This document shows, in pieces, positions 1-9,430 of a stretch of DNA of 51,328 nt. How positions within the stretch are numbered: the stretch's first letter is position 1; each line of letters opens with the position of its first letter. The position numbers and the translations under genes were made by a program. Origin of the DNA: Thermostichus sp. DRC_bins_24 (GTDB lineage Bacteria; Cyanobacteriota; Cyanobacteriia; Thermostichales; Thermostichaceae); NCBI GenBank assembly GCA_039794845.1, contig JAUQVK010000024.1:1-51328 (forward strand), read 5' to 3'. The notes under the pieces were generated by a model. The model saw only the letters and a program-made list of their open reading frames with translations, did not search any database and was not told the origin of the DNA.

Positions 1-360
1 GGCTTCTTCCACCCAATAGCTGCCGCCCGTATAAAAATGACCGCCGTGAAACTCTGGCTCAGGGTCTGCTTCTTGCCGCAAGCCTTGGGGATCCAACTGC
101 AGTTGCCCTTCTGGATTCAGGCGGATCCCTTGGGTTGACCAATCTAGAAACCCCCGTGGAGCCTGCCAGCGGTGAAATCCGGTGCGATAGGCAGTGGAGT
201 CGGTCTGGGTTTCGGCTTGCATCGACAGGGCTTGCATCGACAAAATTAGGGGAACAGACTGTGCTGGCGTGGGCAATCCGGGCAAGAGCAGTAAAAACCC
301 GCTGAACAGCCATGGGATCCCCCGCCAATGGCCCTTACCTCTGGTGAGCATTGTCCTCAT
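1..360 (-). CDS. N-terminal part (runs off the window edge) of a probable secreted protein, possibly peptidase C39-like
   Basis: Hand translation from ATG at 360: MRTMLTRGKGHWRGIPWLFSGFLLLLPGLPTPAQS...FHGGHFYTGGSYWVEEA, open to base 1 with a signal-peptide-like start. Not in the ORF track. Family guess is from recalled similarity only. Confidence 0.55.
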   Translation of the reverse strand, partial: MRTMLTRGKGHWRGIPWLFSGFLLLLPGLPTPAQSVPLILSMQALSMQAETQTDSTAYRTGFHRWQAPRGFLDWSTQGIRLNPEGQLQLDPQGLRQEADPEPEFHGGHFYTGGSYWVEEA

Positions 361-368
361 CCCCCCCA

Positions 369-992
369 CTAATAGCGCGATACCGCAGGATGTCCACCAA
401 TGTACCAGCGCCACGGGATCTCAGCTCCTTGCGTGATGCCGATGCGGGTGGTTTGAACGATGGGTGCCTGGGATTGTGTGGGATCCAGGGGGGATCCTTC
501 TAACCAAAATCCCTCTTGATGGGGGGCCACCTCCTCCAAAGGCCAGCCATTGTGAGACCGATCAATTCGCAAGGCTTGACACAATAACCCCGGCCCCGCC
601 CCCACCCGTTCGGGCTTGCCCCGTTTCTTGGCAGGGATCCACTCGGGCACTTGATCCAGTTGCACCGCCCGAATCAAGACCGCGGCAGGGATCCCTTCCG
701 CTTCGGTGACGATGTTCAGGCAATGGTAAATGCCGTAAATGAGGTAAACGTACAGATGTCCCGGCGGGCCGAACATGACCCGGTTGCGTTCGGTTTGACG
801 GCGGTAGGCATGACAGGCGGGATCCCCAGGCGCATAAGCTTCTGTTTCCACGATCTGGGCCCGCAGCTGCCGCCCGTCGGCAAATTGGCGCACAAGTACC
901 ATGCCCAAGAGGGCCGGCGCCACCAAGGGGGCCGGTTGGCTCAGCCAATCCACAGCAAGGCAGCCCTCAACCCCCAGCAATCGCCGGGACAA
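369..992 (-). CDS. mpg: DNA-3-methyladenine glycosylase (MPG/AAG family)
   Basis: Motifs [40 protein letters not shown]. True start is probably downstream of the TTG at 992. Confidence 0.93.
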   Translation of the reverse strand: MSRRLLGVEGCLAVDWLSQPAPLVAPALLGMVLVRQFADGRQLRAQIVETEAYAPGDPACHAYRRQTERNRVMFGPPGHLYVYLIYGIYHCLNIVTEAEGIPAAVLIRAVQLDQVPEWIPAKKRGKPERVGAGPGLLCQALRIDRSHNGWPLEEVAPHQEGFWLEGSPLDPTQSQAPIVQTTRIGITQGAEIPWRWYIGGHPAVSRY

Positions 993-1242
993 TGCTCACC
1001 TCATCCCCATCCTGTAGAGGGGTGTTGGATCCCTCCAGGAAGCGAATGTCTTCGCTGTTCACGTAGAAGTTGACAAAGCGGCGCAGTTCCCCACTCTCAT
1101 CACACAGGCGCGCCTTTATCCCCGGGCAGTGATGTTCCAAAGAATCCAGCAATTCCCGAATCGTGGATCCCTCACAGTTCACCACCGCTTGATCTCGGGT
1201 GAGCTTCTGTAGAGGAGTGGGGATCAAAACTTTTACCGCCAT
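967..1242 (-). CDS. MoaD/ThiS/CysO family ubiquitin-like sulfur carrier protein
   Basis: [11 protein letters not shown]...[16 protein letters not shown]...IVPAIAGG with a C-terminal Gly-Gly. Confidence 0.93.
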   Translation of the reverse strand: MAVKVLIPTPLQKLTRDQAVVNCEGSTIRELLDSLEHHCPGIKARLCDESGELRRFVNFYVNSEDIRFLEGSNTPLQDGDEVSIVPAIAGG

Positions 1243-1280
1243 AGCCAAATGCTCTCGTCCATCCTAAAAACGTCAAAAAA

Positions 1281-1793
1281 TCAGGGCAGCAACACCCCGT
1301 CAATGCCGTGAATTACACCGTTGGCCACAGGGATATCCCCCACATTCACATTGGCCCCATTCACGGTAATGCTGCCATCGGATCCCACCTGCACCTGTAC
1401 GGGTAAACCCGCCAGAGTGGTGAGGGTTGCCGATTGGCCCGGCTGCAAATCAAACGAAGTGATCCGCCCCGGCACCACATGATAGGTGAGAATGCGGGTC
1501 AATTGGTCTCGGTTAGCCGGCTGTAACAAGCTCTCCACCGTACCCGCAGGCAGCTGCCCAAAGGCGACATCAGAAGGGGCAAAGACAGTGAAAGGCCCCG
1601 GGCCCGCCAACGCCGTGTTCAGCCCCGCTGCCTGCAAAGCCGCCGCAAGAGTGGAGTAGCTGCTGGGCAAGGTTTCCAACTCAACGGGAATCGTGTTGAG
1701 CCCCTGGGGTTGAGCAACGGGGGCGAAAGCAAAGGAGGCAACTACTGCCGCTGCTACCGGGATCCAGCGCTGAATAGGGTTAAAAACAGACAT
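1281..1793 (-). CDS. Secreted fasciclin (FAS1) domain protein
   Basis: Signal peptide, GPFTVFAPSD, ILTYHVV, NGVIHGIDGVLLP. Confidence 0.93.
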   Translation of the reverse strand: MSVFNPIQRWIPVAAAVVASFAFAPVAQPQGLNTIPVELETLPSSYSTLAAALQAAGLNTALAGPGPFTVFAPSDVAFGQLPAGTVESLLQPANRDQLTRILTYHVVPGRITSFDLQPGQSATLTTLAGLPVQVQVGSDGSITVNGANVNVGDIPVANGVIHGIDGVLLP

Positions 1794-1847
1794 TGTGCAA
1801 GGCTCCTGTGGGAGTTGAGCATTATCCGAATATTTTAATATTTCTTC

Positions 1848-1866
1848 GTTAAGAATTTTTTAAGAA
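1848..1866. promoter_or_regulatory. Direct repeat GTTAAGAA/TTTAAGAA in the AT-rich promoter of the fasciclin gene (OmpR/RpaB-like box)
   Basis: Two near-identical octamers 11 bp apart in an AT-rich intergenic region. Confidence 0.35.
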
Positions 1867-1888
1867 GCGGCCAAGGAGCCCAGAGCTC

Positions 1889-3205
1889 TTAAACCGATAC
1901 CTCTTGCCAGTCCAGTCGCTCCAGGGTGCGGGCCCGCTCCAGGGCCTGTTCAAAACTTTCGATCTTGGGTGAGATCAACAAGGGGTGCCCCACATGGGGT
2001 TGAATCGCCTCCTGGGTTTTCAAGCCATTGCCGGTGATGTAAGCAACCGTGACGGCGTCAGGATCGATCTGGCCGGACTCGGCCAGCTGTTTGAGCACGG
2101 CAATGGTGGTGCCACCGGCGGTCTCGGTAAAGATGCCTTCGGTTTCGGCAAGGAGTTTGATGCCCGCCACAATGTCTGCATCAGAGGCGGCTTGAATTTG
2201 CCCACCGGTTTTGCGGGCGATATCCAGAGCATAGATCCCATCGGCGGGGTTGCCGATGGCAATGGACTTGGCAATGGTATTGGGTTTCACCGGGGTGACA
2301 AAATCCCGCCCTTCTCGAAAGGCTTGGGCAATGGGTGAGCACCCCTCTGCCTGTGCGCCGTTGAAGGTAACGGGCTTATCCGCCACCAGGCCCACCTTCA
2401 CGAATTCCTGGAAGCCCTTGTAGATCTTGGTGTACTGGGATCCAGAAGCCAAAGGCACCACCACGTGATCCGGCAGTTGCCAGCCCAGTTGCTCCGCCAC
2501 TTCATAGGCCAAGGTTTTGGATCCCTCGGAGTAGTAGGGGCGCAGGTTAATGTTGACGAAGCCCCAGCCATAGCGATCCGCCACTTCGGAGCAAAGGCGA
2601 TTCACCTGATCGTAGTTGCCCTCCACTGCCATCACCGTCGGGTTGTAGATCAGGGATCCCAACACCTTGCCAGCTTCCAAATCAGCCGGAATAAAAATGG
2701 TGCAATCCAAACCGGCATGGGCCGCAATCGCTGCGGTGGAGTTGGCCAGATTGCCGGTGCTGGCGCAAGAGACCGTGGTAAAGCCCAATTCTTTGGCCCG
2801 CGTCAGGGCCACCGATACCACCCGATCCTTAAAGCTGAGGGTGGGCATATTGACGGCATCGTTTTTAATGTAAAGATTTTTCAACCCCAGCCGCCGACCC
2901 AGTCGTTCTGCCTTCACCAAGGGGGTCATGCCCGTACCCACATCGATGGGCTTCTCAGAAGTGACGGGCAGAAAAGGCCGGTAGCGCCAGATGGAATGGG
3001 GCCCCGCCTGAATGCTTTGACGGGTGACGGTGCGCTTCAACCAGTCGTAGTCGTAAGCCACCTCCAGTGGGCCAAAACACAGCTCACAAACGTGTTTGGC
3101 GACAGGCTCATACTCCGCCCCACATTCCCGACAGCGCAAACTGCTGAAGCCCACTTTTGGAGAGTCGGCCTTGGTGAGAGTGGGGTTGGAAAGGGTTTGA
3201 GTCAT
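1889..3205 (-). CDS. thrC: Threonine synthase family PLP enzyme (clade associated with sulfur carriers)
   Basis: PTLSFKDR PLP-lysine motif, SCASTGN, EGSKT, N-terminal CxxC...CxxC. Confidence 0.88.
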   Translation of the reverse strand: MTQTLSNPTLTKADSPKVGFSSLRCRECGAEYEPVAKHVCELCFGPLEVAYDYDWLKRTVTRQSIQAGPHSIWRYRPFLPVTSEKPIDVGTGMTPLVKAERLGRRLGLKNLYIKNDAVNMPTLSFKDRVVSVALTRAKELGFTTVSCASTGNLANSTAAIAAHAGLDCTIFIPADLEAGKVLGSLIYNPTVMAVEGNYDQVNRLCSEVADRYGWGFVNINLRPYYSEGSKTLAYEVAEQLGWQLPDHVVVPLASGSQYTKIYKGFQEFVKVGLVADKPVTFNGAQAEGCSPIAQAFREGRDFVTPVKPNTIAKSIAIGNPADGIYALDIARKTGGQIQAASDADIVAGIKLLAETEGIFTETAGGTTIAVLKQLAESGQIDPDAVTVAYITGNGLKTQEAIQPHVGHPLLISPKIESFEQALERARTLERLDWQEVSV

Positions 3206-3266
3206 GAGAGGTCTCAGAGGTGGGAATGGGTGAGCGCTAGATCTTGTTTACCCATCATTGAGTCGA

Positions 3267-3295
3267 ATCCTATCACCCGGGATCCCCCCCGTCAA
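3267..3295 (-). promoter_or_regulatory. sigma70-type promoter of the thrC-like gene
   Basis: Minus strand TTGACG-N17-TAGGAT with an extended -10 TG. Confidence 0.7.
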
Positions 3296-3297
3296 CC

Positions 3298-3322
3298 AAT
3301 CCCGATTATTTTAGTCGGGATT
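3298..3322. promoter_or_regulatory. Palindromic operator AATCCCGA-N9-TCGGGATT next to the -35 box
   Basis: Perfect 8-bp arms 2 bp upstream of the -35 box; resembles Rrf2-type sulfur-regulon boxes (inference). Confidence 0.65.
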
Positions 3323-3330
3323 AAGCTTGG

Positions 3331-4047
3331 CTAAAGGGTATCGGGATCCACGCCCAAGTCTCGCAGCCTCTGGGCTAGGGCTTCTGCTCGACGACGGGCC
3401 TCATCCCGTTCTTGTTGAGCCTGGTTCCGTTCTTGCTCTGCCTGCAGGGCTCGTTGCCGCTCCCGTTGCCGTTGGGCCTCCCGCTCGACGGAGTTGAGAT
3501 AGGGATCCCCATCGGCGCGCCAAATGCGCAGGGGTTCGCCGCTCAAATCAAAGCGGATTTGCAAGCGGGGGCTGATCCAGCCATCCAGGGTTTCGATTAC
3601 CCGCAGGCGACCGTCTTTTGAGCGCAGCCAACCACTGAGGTCATTCTTGTGGGGGTCAAACAGGTAGTACTCTTCCACGCCGTACTGGTCATAAAACTCC
3701 AGCTTGTGGGCCATCTCCTTGAGGGTATTGCCCGGCGAAAGCACTTCTACCACCACTTGTGGCGGGATCCCGTCTTCTTCCCACTGTTTGTAGAAGCCTC
3801 GGTACCCCTTGGGCCGCCCAAATACCACCATCAAATCGGGGGCCATGCGGATTTTCGGATCCCCTTCGACCGGGTACCAGAGCAGATCCCCGGCCACGAA
3901 GACATTGGGATTATCGGCCAACAGGATCTCGGTGTTGTCCTTAAAAAAGACAATCCATTCGAATTGCAGTGTATTGTCGGCCATCGGTTGACCATCGCTA
4001 TCGGGGTAAACAATGGCCTGGGGTGGAGTCTGTAAAGGAGTGATCAT
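3331..4047 (-). CDS. Uma2 family (PD-(D/E)xK-like) putative endonuclease
   Basis: [40 protein letters not shown] and a coiled-coil tail ending LRDLGVDP. Confidence 0.92.
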   Translation of the reverse strand: MITPLQTPPQAIVYPDSDGQPMADNTLQFEWIVFFKDNTEILLADNPNVFVAGDLLWYPVEGDPKIRMAPDLMVVFGRPKGYRGFYKQWEEDGIPPQVVVEVLSPGNTLKEMAHKLEFYDQYGVEEYYLFDPHKNDLSGWLRSKDGRLRVIETLDGWISPRLQIRFDLSGEPLRIWRADGDPYLNSVEREAQRQRERQRALQAEQERNQAQQERDEARRRAEALAQRLRDLGVDPDTL

Positions 4048-4170
4048 CCCAGCCTGGCGGTAGGCACTTTTTGTGGGTCGATCCTAGCCTTTGGCCCATT
4101 GCCCTATCGTTACACTGAAGAAATGGGGACTAAACAGGGATCCCGCCGATTTCATTTGGTTTGCCACTTT

Positions 4171-6102
4171 ATGCTCAGGGTTGGACAAGACACCATTGAT
4201 GTGCTCGATCACTACGATGTGGTGGTGGTGGGAGGGGGGCATTCCGGCTGTGAGGCGGCTTTGGCCTCAGCGCGGCTGGGCTGCTCTACCCTGATGCTGA
4301 CCTTGAATCTGGACAAGATCGCTTGGCAACCCTGTAACCCCGCCGTGGGTGGCCCGGCCAAATCCCAACTGGTACACGAGATTGATGCCCTCGGCGGCGA
4401 GATGGGTAAGGTGACCGACCGCACCTATTTGCAGAAGCGGGTGCTGAACCGCTCACGGGGACCGGCGGTGTGGGCACTGCGGGCCCAAACGGATAAACGG
4501 GAATATGCGCGGGTGATGCGCTCGGTGGTGGAAACCCAACCCAACCTCACCATCCGCGAGGGAACCGTTACCGACCTGGTGTTGGGGCGCAACGATGAGA
4601 TTGTCGGAGTGATGACCCACTTCGGCACGGTTTTTGGCTGTCGGGCGGTGATCTTGACCACGGGGACATTTTTGGGGGGGCGCATCTGGATTGGTCGCCA
4701 TTGGCAGGCCGCCGGACGCGCCGGGGAATTTGCTGTAGAAGGCCTGACGGAAACCCTGCAGCAACTGGGCTTTGAGACGGATCGCCTGAAAACCGGCACC
4801 CCCGCGCGTGTGGATCGGCGCAGTGTGGATTTTTCCGTGATGGAGCGGCAACCCGGGGATCCCGATCTGCGCTGGTTTAGTTTTGACCCGCAGGTGTGGA
4901 TCCCACGGGAGCAGATGGATTGTTACCTGACCCGCACCACCCCAGAAACCCACCGCATTATTCGCGAAAATCTCCACGAAACCCCCGTTTATGGGGGCTG
5001 GGTAGAGGCCAAAGGGCCGCGCTATTGCCCCAGCATTGAAGACAAAATTGTGCGCTTTGCCGACAAAGACAGCCATCAGATCTTCATTGAGCCGGAAGGG
5101 CGGGATCTGCCGGAGCTCTACATTCAGGGTTTCTCCACGGGTATGCCGGAGAAAATCCAGATTCAAATGTTGCGCTCGCTGCCGGGCCTGGAAAAGTGTG
5201 TGATGTTGCGCCCTGCCTACGCGGTGGAATACGACTATTTGCCCGCCACCCAGCTTTACCCCACCCTGATGACCAAGCGGGTGGAGGGGTTGTTTTGTGC
5301 GGGGCAACTGAACGGCACCACCGGCTACGAAGAGGCGGGGGCCCAGGGGTTGATGGCCGGGATCAATGCCGCCCGCCTGGCCCAGGGCAAATCGTTGGTG
5401 ACCTTGCCACGGGAGTCCAGCTACATCGGCACCCTCATCGACGATCTCTGCACCAAAGAGCTGCGGGAACCCTACCGGATGCTCACCAGCCGCTCGGAAT
5501 ATCGCTTGATTTTGCGCTCCGACAATGCCGATCAACGCCTCACCCCTTTGGGCCGAGAATGGGGATTGGTGGATGATCGCCGCTGGGAGCTGTTCCAAGT
5601 CAAGCAAGCCCGCATTGCCGGGGAAATTGAGCGCCTAGAAAGTCAGCGGGTGAAAGCCCAAGATCCGGCTGGGATCCACCTCAGCCAACTGACCGGACAA
5701 GCGATCAAGGGATCCGCCACCCTAGCCGAGATTTTACGTCGCAATCAGGTGCATTACCCCGACCTGCTGGCCTTGGATCTGGGGGATCCGGAGCTGGATT
5801 TGTTCGAGCAAGAGGCAGCGGAAATTGCCGTCAAATACAGTGGCTACATCCAGCGGCAACAAACCCAAATCGAGCAGGTGAGCAAGCAGTACCATCGCCC
5901 CTTGCCCGACAATTTGGACTACCAGGCCATCAGCACCCTCTCGAAAGAATCGCGGGATAAGCTCTCGGCGGTGCGCCCCCTCACCTTGGGTCAAGCAGCC
6001 CGCATTGGCGGGGTGAATCCGGCGGATATCAATGCTCTGCTGATTTATTTGGAGGTGCAAAACCACCAGAACCCCGGGGATCCCGTTGGGTCATCGCTGT
6101 GA
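4171..6102 (+). CDS. mnmG: tRNA uridine 5-carboxymethylaminomethyl modification enzyme MnmG/GidA
   Basis: [47 protein letters not shown]; likely start is the ATG at 4171. Confidence 0.97.
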   Translation: MLRVGQDTIDVLDHYDVVVVGGGHSGCEAALASARLGCSTLMLTLNLDKIAWQPCNPAVGGPAKSQLVHEIDALGGEMGKVTDRTYLQKRVLNRSRGPAVWALRAQTDKREYARVMRSVVETQPNLTIREGTVTDLVLGRNDEIVGVMTHFGTVFGCRAVILTTGTFLGGRIWIGRHWQAAGRAGEFAVEGLTETLQQLGFETDRLKTGTPARVDRRSVDFSVMERQPGDPDLRWFSFDPQVWIPREQMDCYLTRTTPETHRIIRENLHETPVYGGWVEAKGPRYCPSIEDKIVRFADKDSHQIFIEPEGRDLPELYIQGFSTGMPEKIQIQMLRSLPGLEKCVMLRPAYAVEYDYLPATQLYPTLMTKRVEGLFCAGQLNGTTGYEEAGAQGLMAGINAARLAQGKSLVTLPRESSYIGTLIDDLCTKELREPYRMLTSRSEYRLILRSDNADQRLTPLGREWGLVDDRRWELFQVKQARIAGEIERLESQRVKAQDPAGIHLSQLTGQAIKGSATLAEILRRNQVHYPDLLALDLGDPELDLFEQEAAEIAVKYSGYIQRQQTQIEQVSKQYHRPLPDNLDYQAISTLSKESRDKLSAVRPLTLGQAARIGGVNPADINALLIYLEVQNHQNPGDPVGSSL

Positions 6103-6133
6103 AGGGAGCCACCTCAGCAAATCTGCAGGGTCT

Positions 6134-7228
6134 TTACCGCAGCGGAGTGCTCACATTTGGAGTGGCCTCTACATCCTCCCCAGAACCATACAGAGACGGG
6201 ATCCCTTCCAAGGGCATACGAGAAGCCACCCCCAACCCCAGCGGGGAAACTTCTCCCCGCAGCCAATGGCTAAGCCCGGCTGCCCCGATCATGGCGGCAT
6301 TGTCGGTACACAAAGAAACCGGTGGGATCACCACCCGCAACCCCTTGGCCTTGCCCGCCTCCGTCAGGCGAGATCTCAACTCCCGATTGGCGGCCACCCC
6401 TCCGGTCAACAGGAGTGTGGATAGGCCCAACTGTTCCGCGCAGACCAGCGCTTTTTCGGTGAGCACCCCCGTTAGCCGAGCTTGAAAGCTGGCGGCAATG
6501 TCGGCAATGGGCAGTTCTTGCCCCTCTTGTTGCAGTTGTTGGGTGAGGCGCAACACCGCTGTTTTTAGGCCGCTAAAGCTGCTGTCGTAGGGATGATCCA
6601 CCTTGCCCTCGGGCAGCGAAAAACGCTCTGGATCCCCTTGTTGAGCCCAGCGATCGATCTGGGGCCCCCCTGGATAGCCCAAGCCCAACAGGCGCGCCAC
6701 CTTGTCAAAGGCCTCTCCTGCCGCATCATCGCGGGTCCGACCCACCGTCTGATACTGCCCGTAGTCTTTCATCCAGATCAAGCTGGTGTGGCCTCCAGAA
6801 ACCAACAGGCACAAACAGGGGGGACGCAAGTCGGGTTCTGCCAAAAAGCCGCTGAACAGGTGCCCCTCCAAATGGTGAACCCCGATCAAGGGTTTGTTGT
6901 GCAGTAAGGCCAGGGTTTTCGCCCCCATCACCCCCACCAACAGGGATCCCACCAAACCAGGGGCACAGGTGACGGCAATGGCATCCACCTCGGCCAGGGT
7001 CAAGTCTGCCCGTTGCAGAGCTGCCTCAAGCACAAACGGTAGGGTTTCTACGTGTTGCCGGGAGGCCACTTCGGGCACCACTCCCCCATAGGCGGCGTGA
7101 ATGTCGATTTGGCTGGCCACGACGGAGCTGAGCTGCCGTGGCGCAAACCCGGGCTGGGTTGGATCGTTCTCCACCAGAGCTACAGCAGTTTCGTCACAAC
7201 TGGTTTCGATGGCAAGAATACGGGGCAT
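6134..7228 (-). CDS. tsaD: tRNA t6A37 threonylcarbamoyltransferase TsaD
   Basis: [41 protein letters not shown]; start MPRIL at 7228. Confidence 0.97.
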   Translation of the reverse strand: MPRILAIETSCDETAVALVENDPTQPGFAPRQLSSVVASQIDIHAAYGGVVPEVASRQHVETLPFVLEAALQRADLTLAEVDAIAVTCAPGLVGSLLVGVMGAKTLALLHNKPLIGVHHLEGHLFSGFLAEPDLRPPCLCLLVSGGHTSLIWMKDYGQYQTVGRTRDDAAGEAFDKVARLLGLGYPGGPQIDRWAQQGDPERFSLPEGKVDHPYDSSFSGLKTAVLRLTQQLQQEGQELPIADIAASFQARLTGVLTEKALVCAEQLGLSTLLLTGGVAANRELRSRLTEAGKAKGLRVVIPPVSLCTDNAAMIGAAGLSHWLRGEVSPLGLGVASRMPLEGIPSLYGSGEDVEATPNVSTPLR

Positions 7229-7534
7229 GGGGAAGTTCTGCCGGCAGGGAAACAAAGGGAAAGGGATTTCCTTAAGAATTGTGTGAGCTGAAACCCGCGA
7301 TCCGTTGAGGTGAGGCGCTCGGGAGTATGATACTAACCGTTTAGTGCCCGTTCCCGCTTTGCAAACAGGTTTTGGCGTCGGGGATTGGTGCTCCTGAAGC
7401 CGCCAATCCCTGGTCATGAGAGACGGTCTCCGAAAACCGACTCAGCGGGCGAGCGCTGATTGGCTCTGAACTAGGATTCCAACCCTTTTCAGATCTTAAG
7501 ACCTTAGCTCCCTACCTCAAGGACACATCCTGCT

Positions 7535-8080
7535 ATGCGAACCTTTTTGAGCCTCCTTCTGGCCCTTTGCATCGCGCTTGGCCTTGCCCAATCTGTGCAG
7601 GCAGAGCCCTTGATCGGTCTGAAACCTTGCAGCGAAGTTCCTGCTTTTCAGGCCCGCATGGACGAGCGGCTGAGCAGCCTGGAAGACAAAATTGTCAGCG
7701 CTAGCCCCGAAATGGCCGCGGTTTACGAGCAAAAGCTGGCCCAAACCACCAAGCGCTTTGAACGCTACAGCACCTTGCTCTGCGGCGAAGAAGGCTTGCC
7801 CCACTTGGTCACCGATGGCCGCCTGAACCACGCGGGCGAGTTTCTTATCCCTGGCTTGCTCTTCCTCTACATCGCCGGTTGGCTGGGCTGGGCTGGGCGC
7901 TCCTACCTGATCGCAGTCCGGGAGAGCGATAACCCTGAGATGAAAGAGAGCATCATTGATGTGGCCTTAGCCCTGAAATGTTTCCTCACTGCCTTGGCTT
8001 GGCCTGCCGCCGCCTTCAAGGAAATTGCCAGTGGCGAAATTCAAGTTCCTGAAGCCGCTGTGCCCATCTCTCCCCGCTGA
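7535..8080 (+). CDS. psaF: Photosystem I subunit III PsaF
   Basis: Signal peptide, LKPCSE, LCGEEGLPHL, HAGEFLIPG, GWAGRSYL, PISPR. Confidence 0.97.
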   Translation: MRTFLSLLLALCIALGLAQSVQAEPLIGLKPCSEVPAFQARMDERLSSLEDKIVSASPEMAAVYEQKLAQTTKRFERYSTLLCGEEGLPHLVTDGRLNHAGEFLIPGLLFLYIAGWLGWAGRSYLIAVRESDNPEMKESIIDVALALKCFLTALAWPAAAFKEIASGEIQVPEAAVPISPR

Positions 8081-8300
8081 AGATCCTCCGTTCAGTTACA
8101 GCCCTTCCGCCAGTCACCTACAACTGTAGACCACTGTAGAAGCCCAGAGAAGCCCAGACTTCTCCCTGCTGCTCGGATGGTGCTTCGCACCCCGCGTAGT
8201 GGGAACAGGAAGCGAAAGTCCTGTTAGGGAAAACCCGCACAAGGCTGTAGCTTTGCTTGTCCGATTTTGAAACACTCCATCAAATACTTGAGAGGTATGT

Positions 8301-8420
8301 ATGGCTGATTTCACCAAGTTTCTCACTACGGCTCCGGTGGCGTTTATTCTCTTCTCCTCTTTCATTTTTGGGCTGTTTATTGAGATCAATCGCTTCTTCC
8401 CCGACATCTTGACCTTCTAA
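8301..8420 (+). CDS. psaJ: Photosystem I subunit IX PsaJ (39 aa)
   Basis: Hand translation MADFTKFLTTAPVAFILFSSFIFGLFIEINRFFPDILTF*, with GAGG RBS upstream; not in the ORF track. Confidence 0.96.
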   Translation: MADFTKFLTTAPVAFILFSSFIFGLFIEINRFFPDILTF

Positions 8421-8533
8421 ACCCATTGCATAGGGATCCCCATGGGCAATGATGATCACCCATGCCTTTCCGGGATCCCTGATCTTTTTGAGGTTGTTCT
8501 ATTCCCTTTTGCTCCGGACGTAGAGTTGCTGAC

Positions 8534-9010
8534 ATGGTTGAACCCAATGCCGATAGTGCTCCGCTAAGCGACGGATACATCACCGTCCCTGAGGGAGATC
8601 CGCAGATTGGCGATCTCTGGACACCGATCAACCATGCACCTGCCGTCCGCTTGTTTATAGACTGGCTGCCGATCAATCGACCTGGCCTGAGTGCGATTTG
8701 GCGTGGCTTGGAAATTGGCATGGCCCATGGCTATTGGTTGGTGGGCCCTTTTGCCAAACTAGGCCCTCTACGTCATGAATCGACGGCGCTTCTGAGTGGT
8801 TTTCTGGGAGCCTGTGGCTTGATCTTGATCATGACGGCGGCCCTTTCTCTCTATGGCACCGTTATCTCGCAGCGCAACATGGGCCCAGTGGGGGCATCCC
8901 AAGCCTGGAGCGAATTGGCGGCGGGCTTTTTGATCGGGGGCATCGGGGGGGCGATTGTCGCCTACTTGCTGTTGCTGAATGCGGATGTGTTGCTGCCCAG
9001 CCTGGGGTAA
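8534..9010 (+). CDS. psaL: Photosystem I subunit XI PsaL (divergent)
   Basis: RGLEIGMAHGYWLVGPFAKLGPLR, GFLIGGIGG. Confidence 0.93.
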   Translation: MVEPNADSAPLSDGYITVPEGDPQIGDLWTPINHAPAVRLFIDWLPINRPGLSAIWRGLEIGMAHGYWLVGPFAKLGPLRHESTALLSGFLGACGLILIMTAALSLYGTVISQRNMGPVGASQAWSELAAGFLIGGIGGAIVAYLLLLNADVLLPSLG

Positions 9011-9103
9011 AGTTGCCCCTGCCGGATCCCCCTGCAACTCCTGAGAGTATCGAGATCCCTACAGGAAACATAGCCATTGCCATTGAGGCTGAAACAGCTC
9101 GCT

Positions 9104-9164
9104 CCCTCACCCCCTTTCGCGCAGCGTGGCACCGGTCGCAGCGCCTCTCCCAGAGCAGGAGAGG
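9104..9164. repeat. Cyanobacterial intergenic CCCTCACCCC...CCTCTCC-N7-GGAGAGG hairpin element
   Basis: Inverted repeat at 9144-9164 preceded by CCCTCACCCC, between convergent psaL and csbD-like genes. Confidence 0.5.
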
Positions 9165-9235
9165 GAAGCTAAAGAGTGTATCGTTTGGAGTGACCGTAGG
9201 AACAGGGATCCCCTATTGACGGGGTTGATGTTCCC

Positions 9236-9430
9236 TCAGTCCATCACGTCATCCACAACATCTTTAATCGGTTCTCGGATATCTTGAACCACGTAGCGGG
9301 CCGCCGCTTCCGCCTGTTTGGCCTTGTCTTCCAGCTTTTCCCGCTGATCCCCGGTTAGCTCACCCACAGCTTCTTGGATTTTGCCTTCCAGATTTTTGAC
9401 GGTGGCCTCACCTTGCCGCTCAAGGCTCAT
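9236..9430 (-). CDS. CsbD family stress protein
   Basis: KNLEGKIQEAVGELTGD...KAKQAEA. Confidence 0.85.
   Translation of the reverse strand: MSLERQGEATVKNLEGKIQEAVGELTGDQREKLEDKAKQAEAAARYVVQDIREPIKDVVDDVMD

Noticed and set aside
3331..4047. Uma2 nuclease as a defence system
   Set aside because: Solitary member of a family with many paralogs in cyanobacteria; no partner genes adjacent.
4453..5607. Long antisense and alternate-frame ORFs (e.g. 4453-5607, 13429-14385, 2465-3334, 27106-27882)
   Set aside because: Shadows of well-supported genes in GC-rich DNA with no recognisable motifs.
7229..7417. Apparent N-terminal extensions in the ORF track (tsaD, mnmG, cydA, phrA, trxA, trpF, sufS, ispD)
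   Set aside because: Artefacts of taking the first start codon; family similarity begins at downstream starts.
8421..8533. Possible psaI between psaJ and psaL
   Set aside because: The short frames I translated show no PsaI-like helix or motif.
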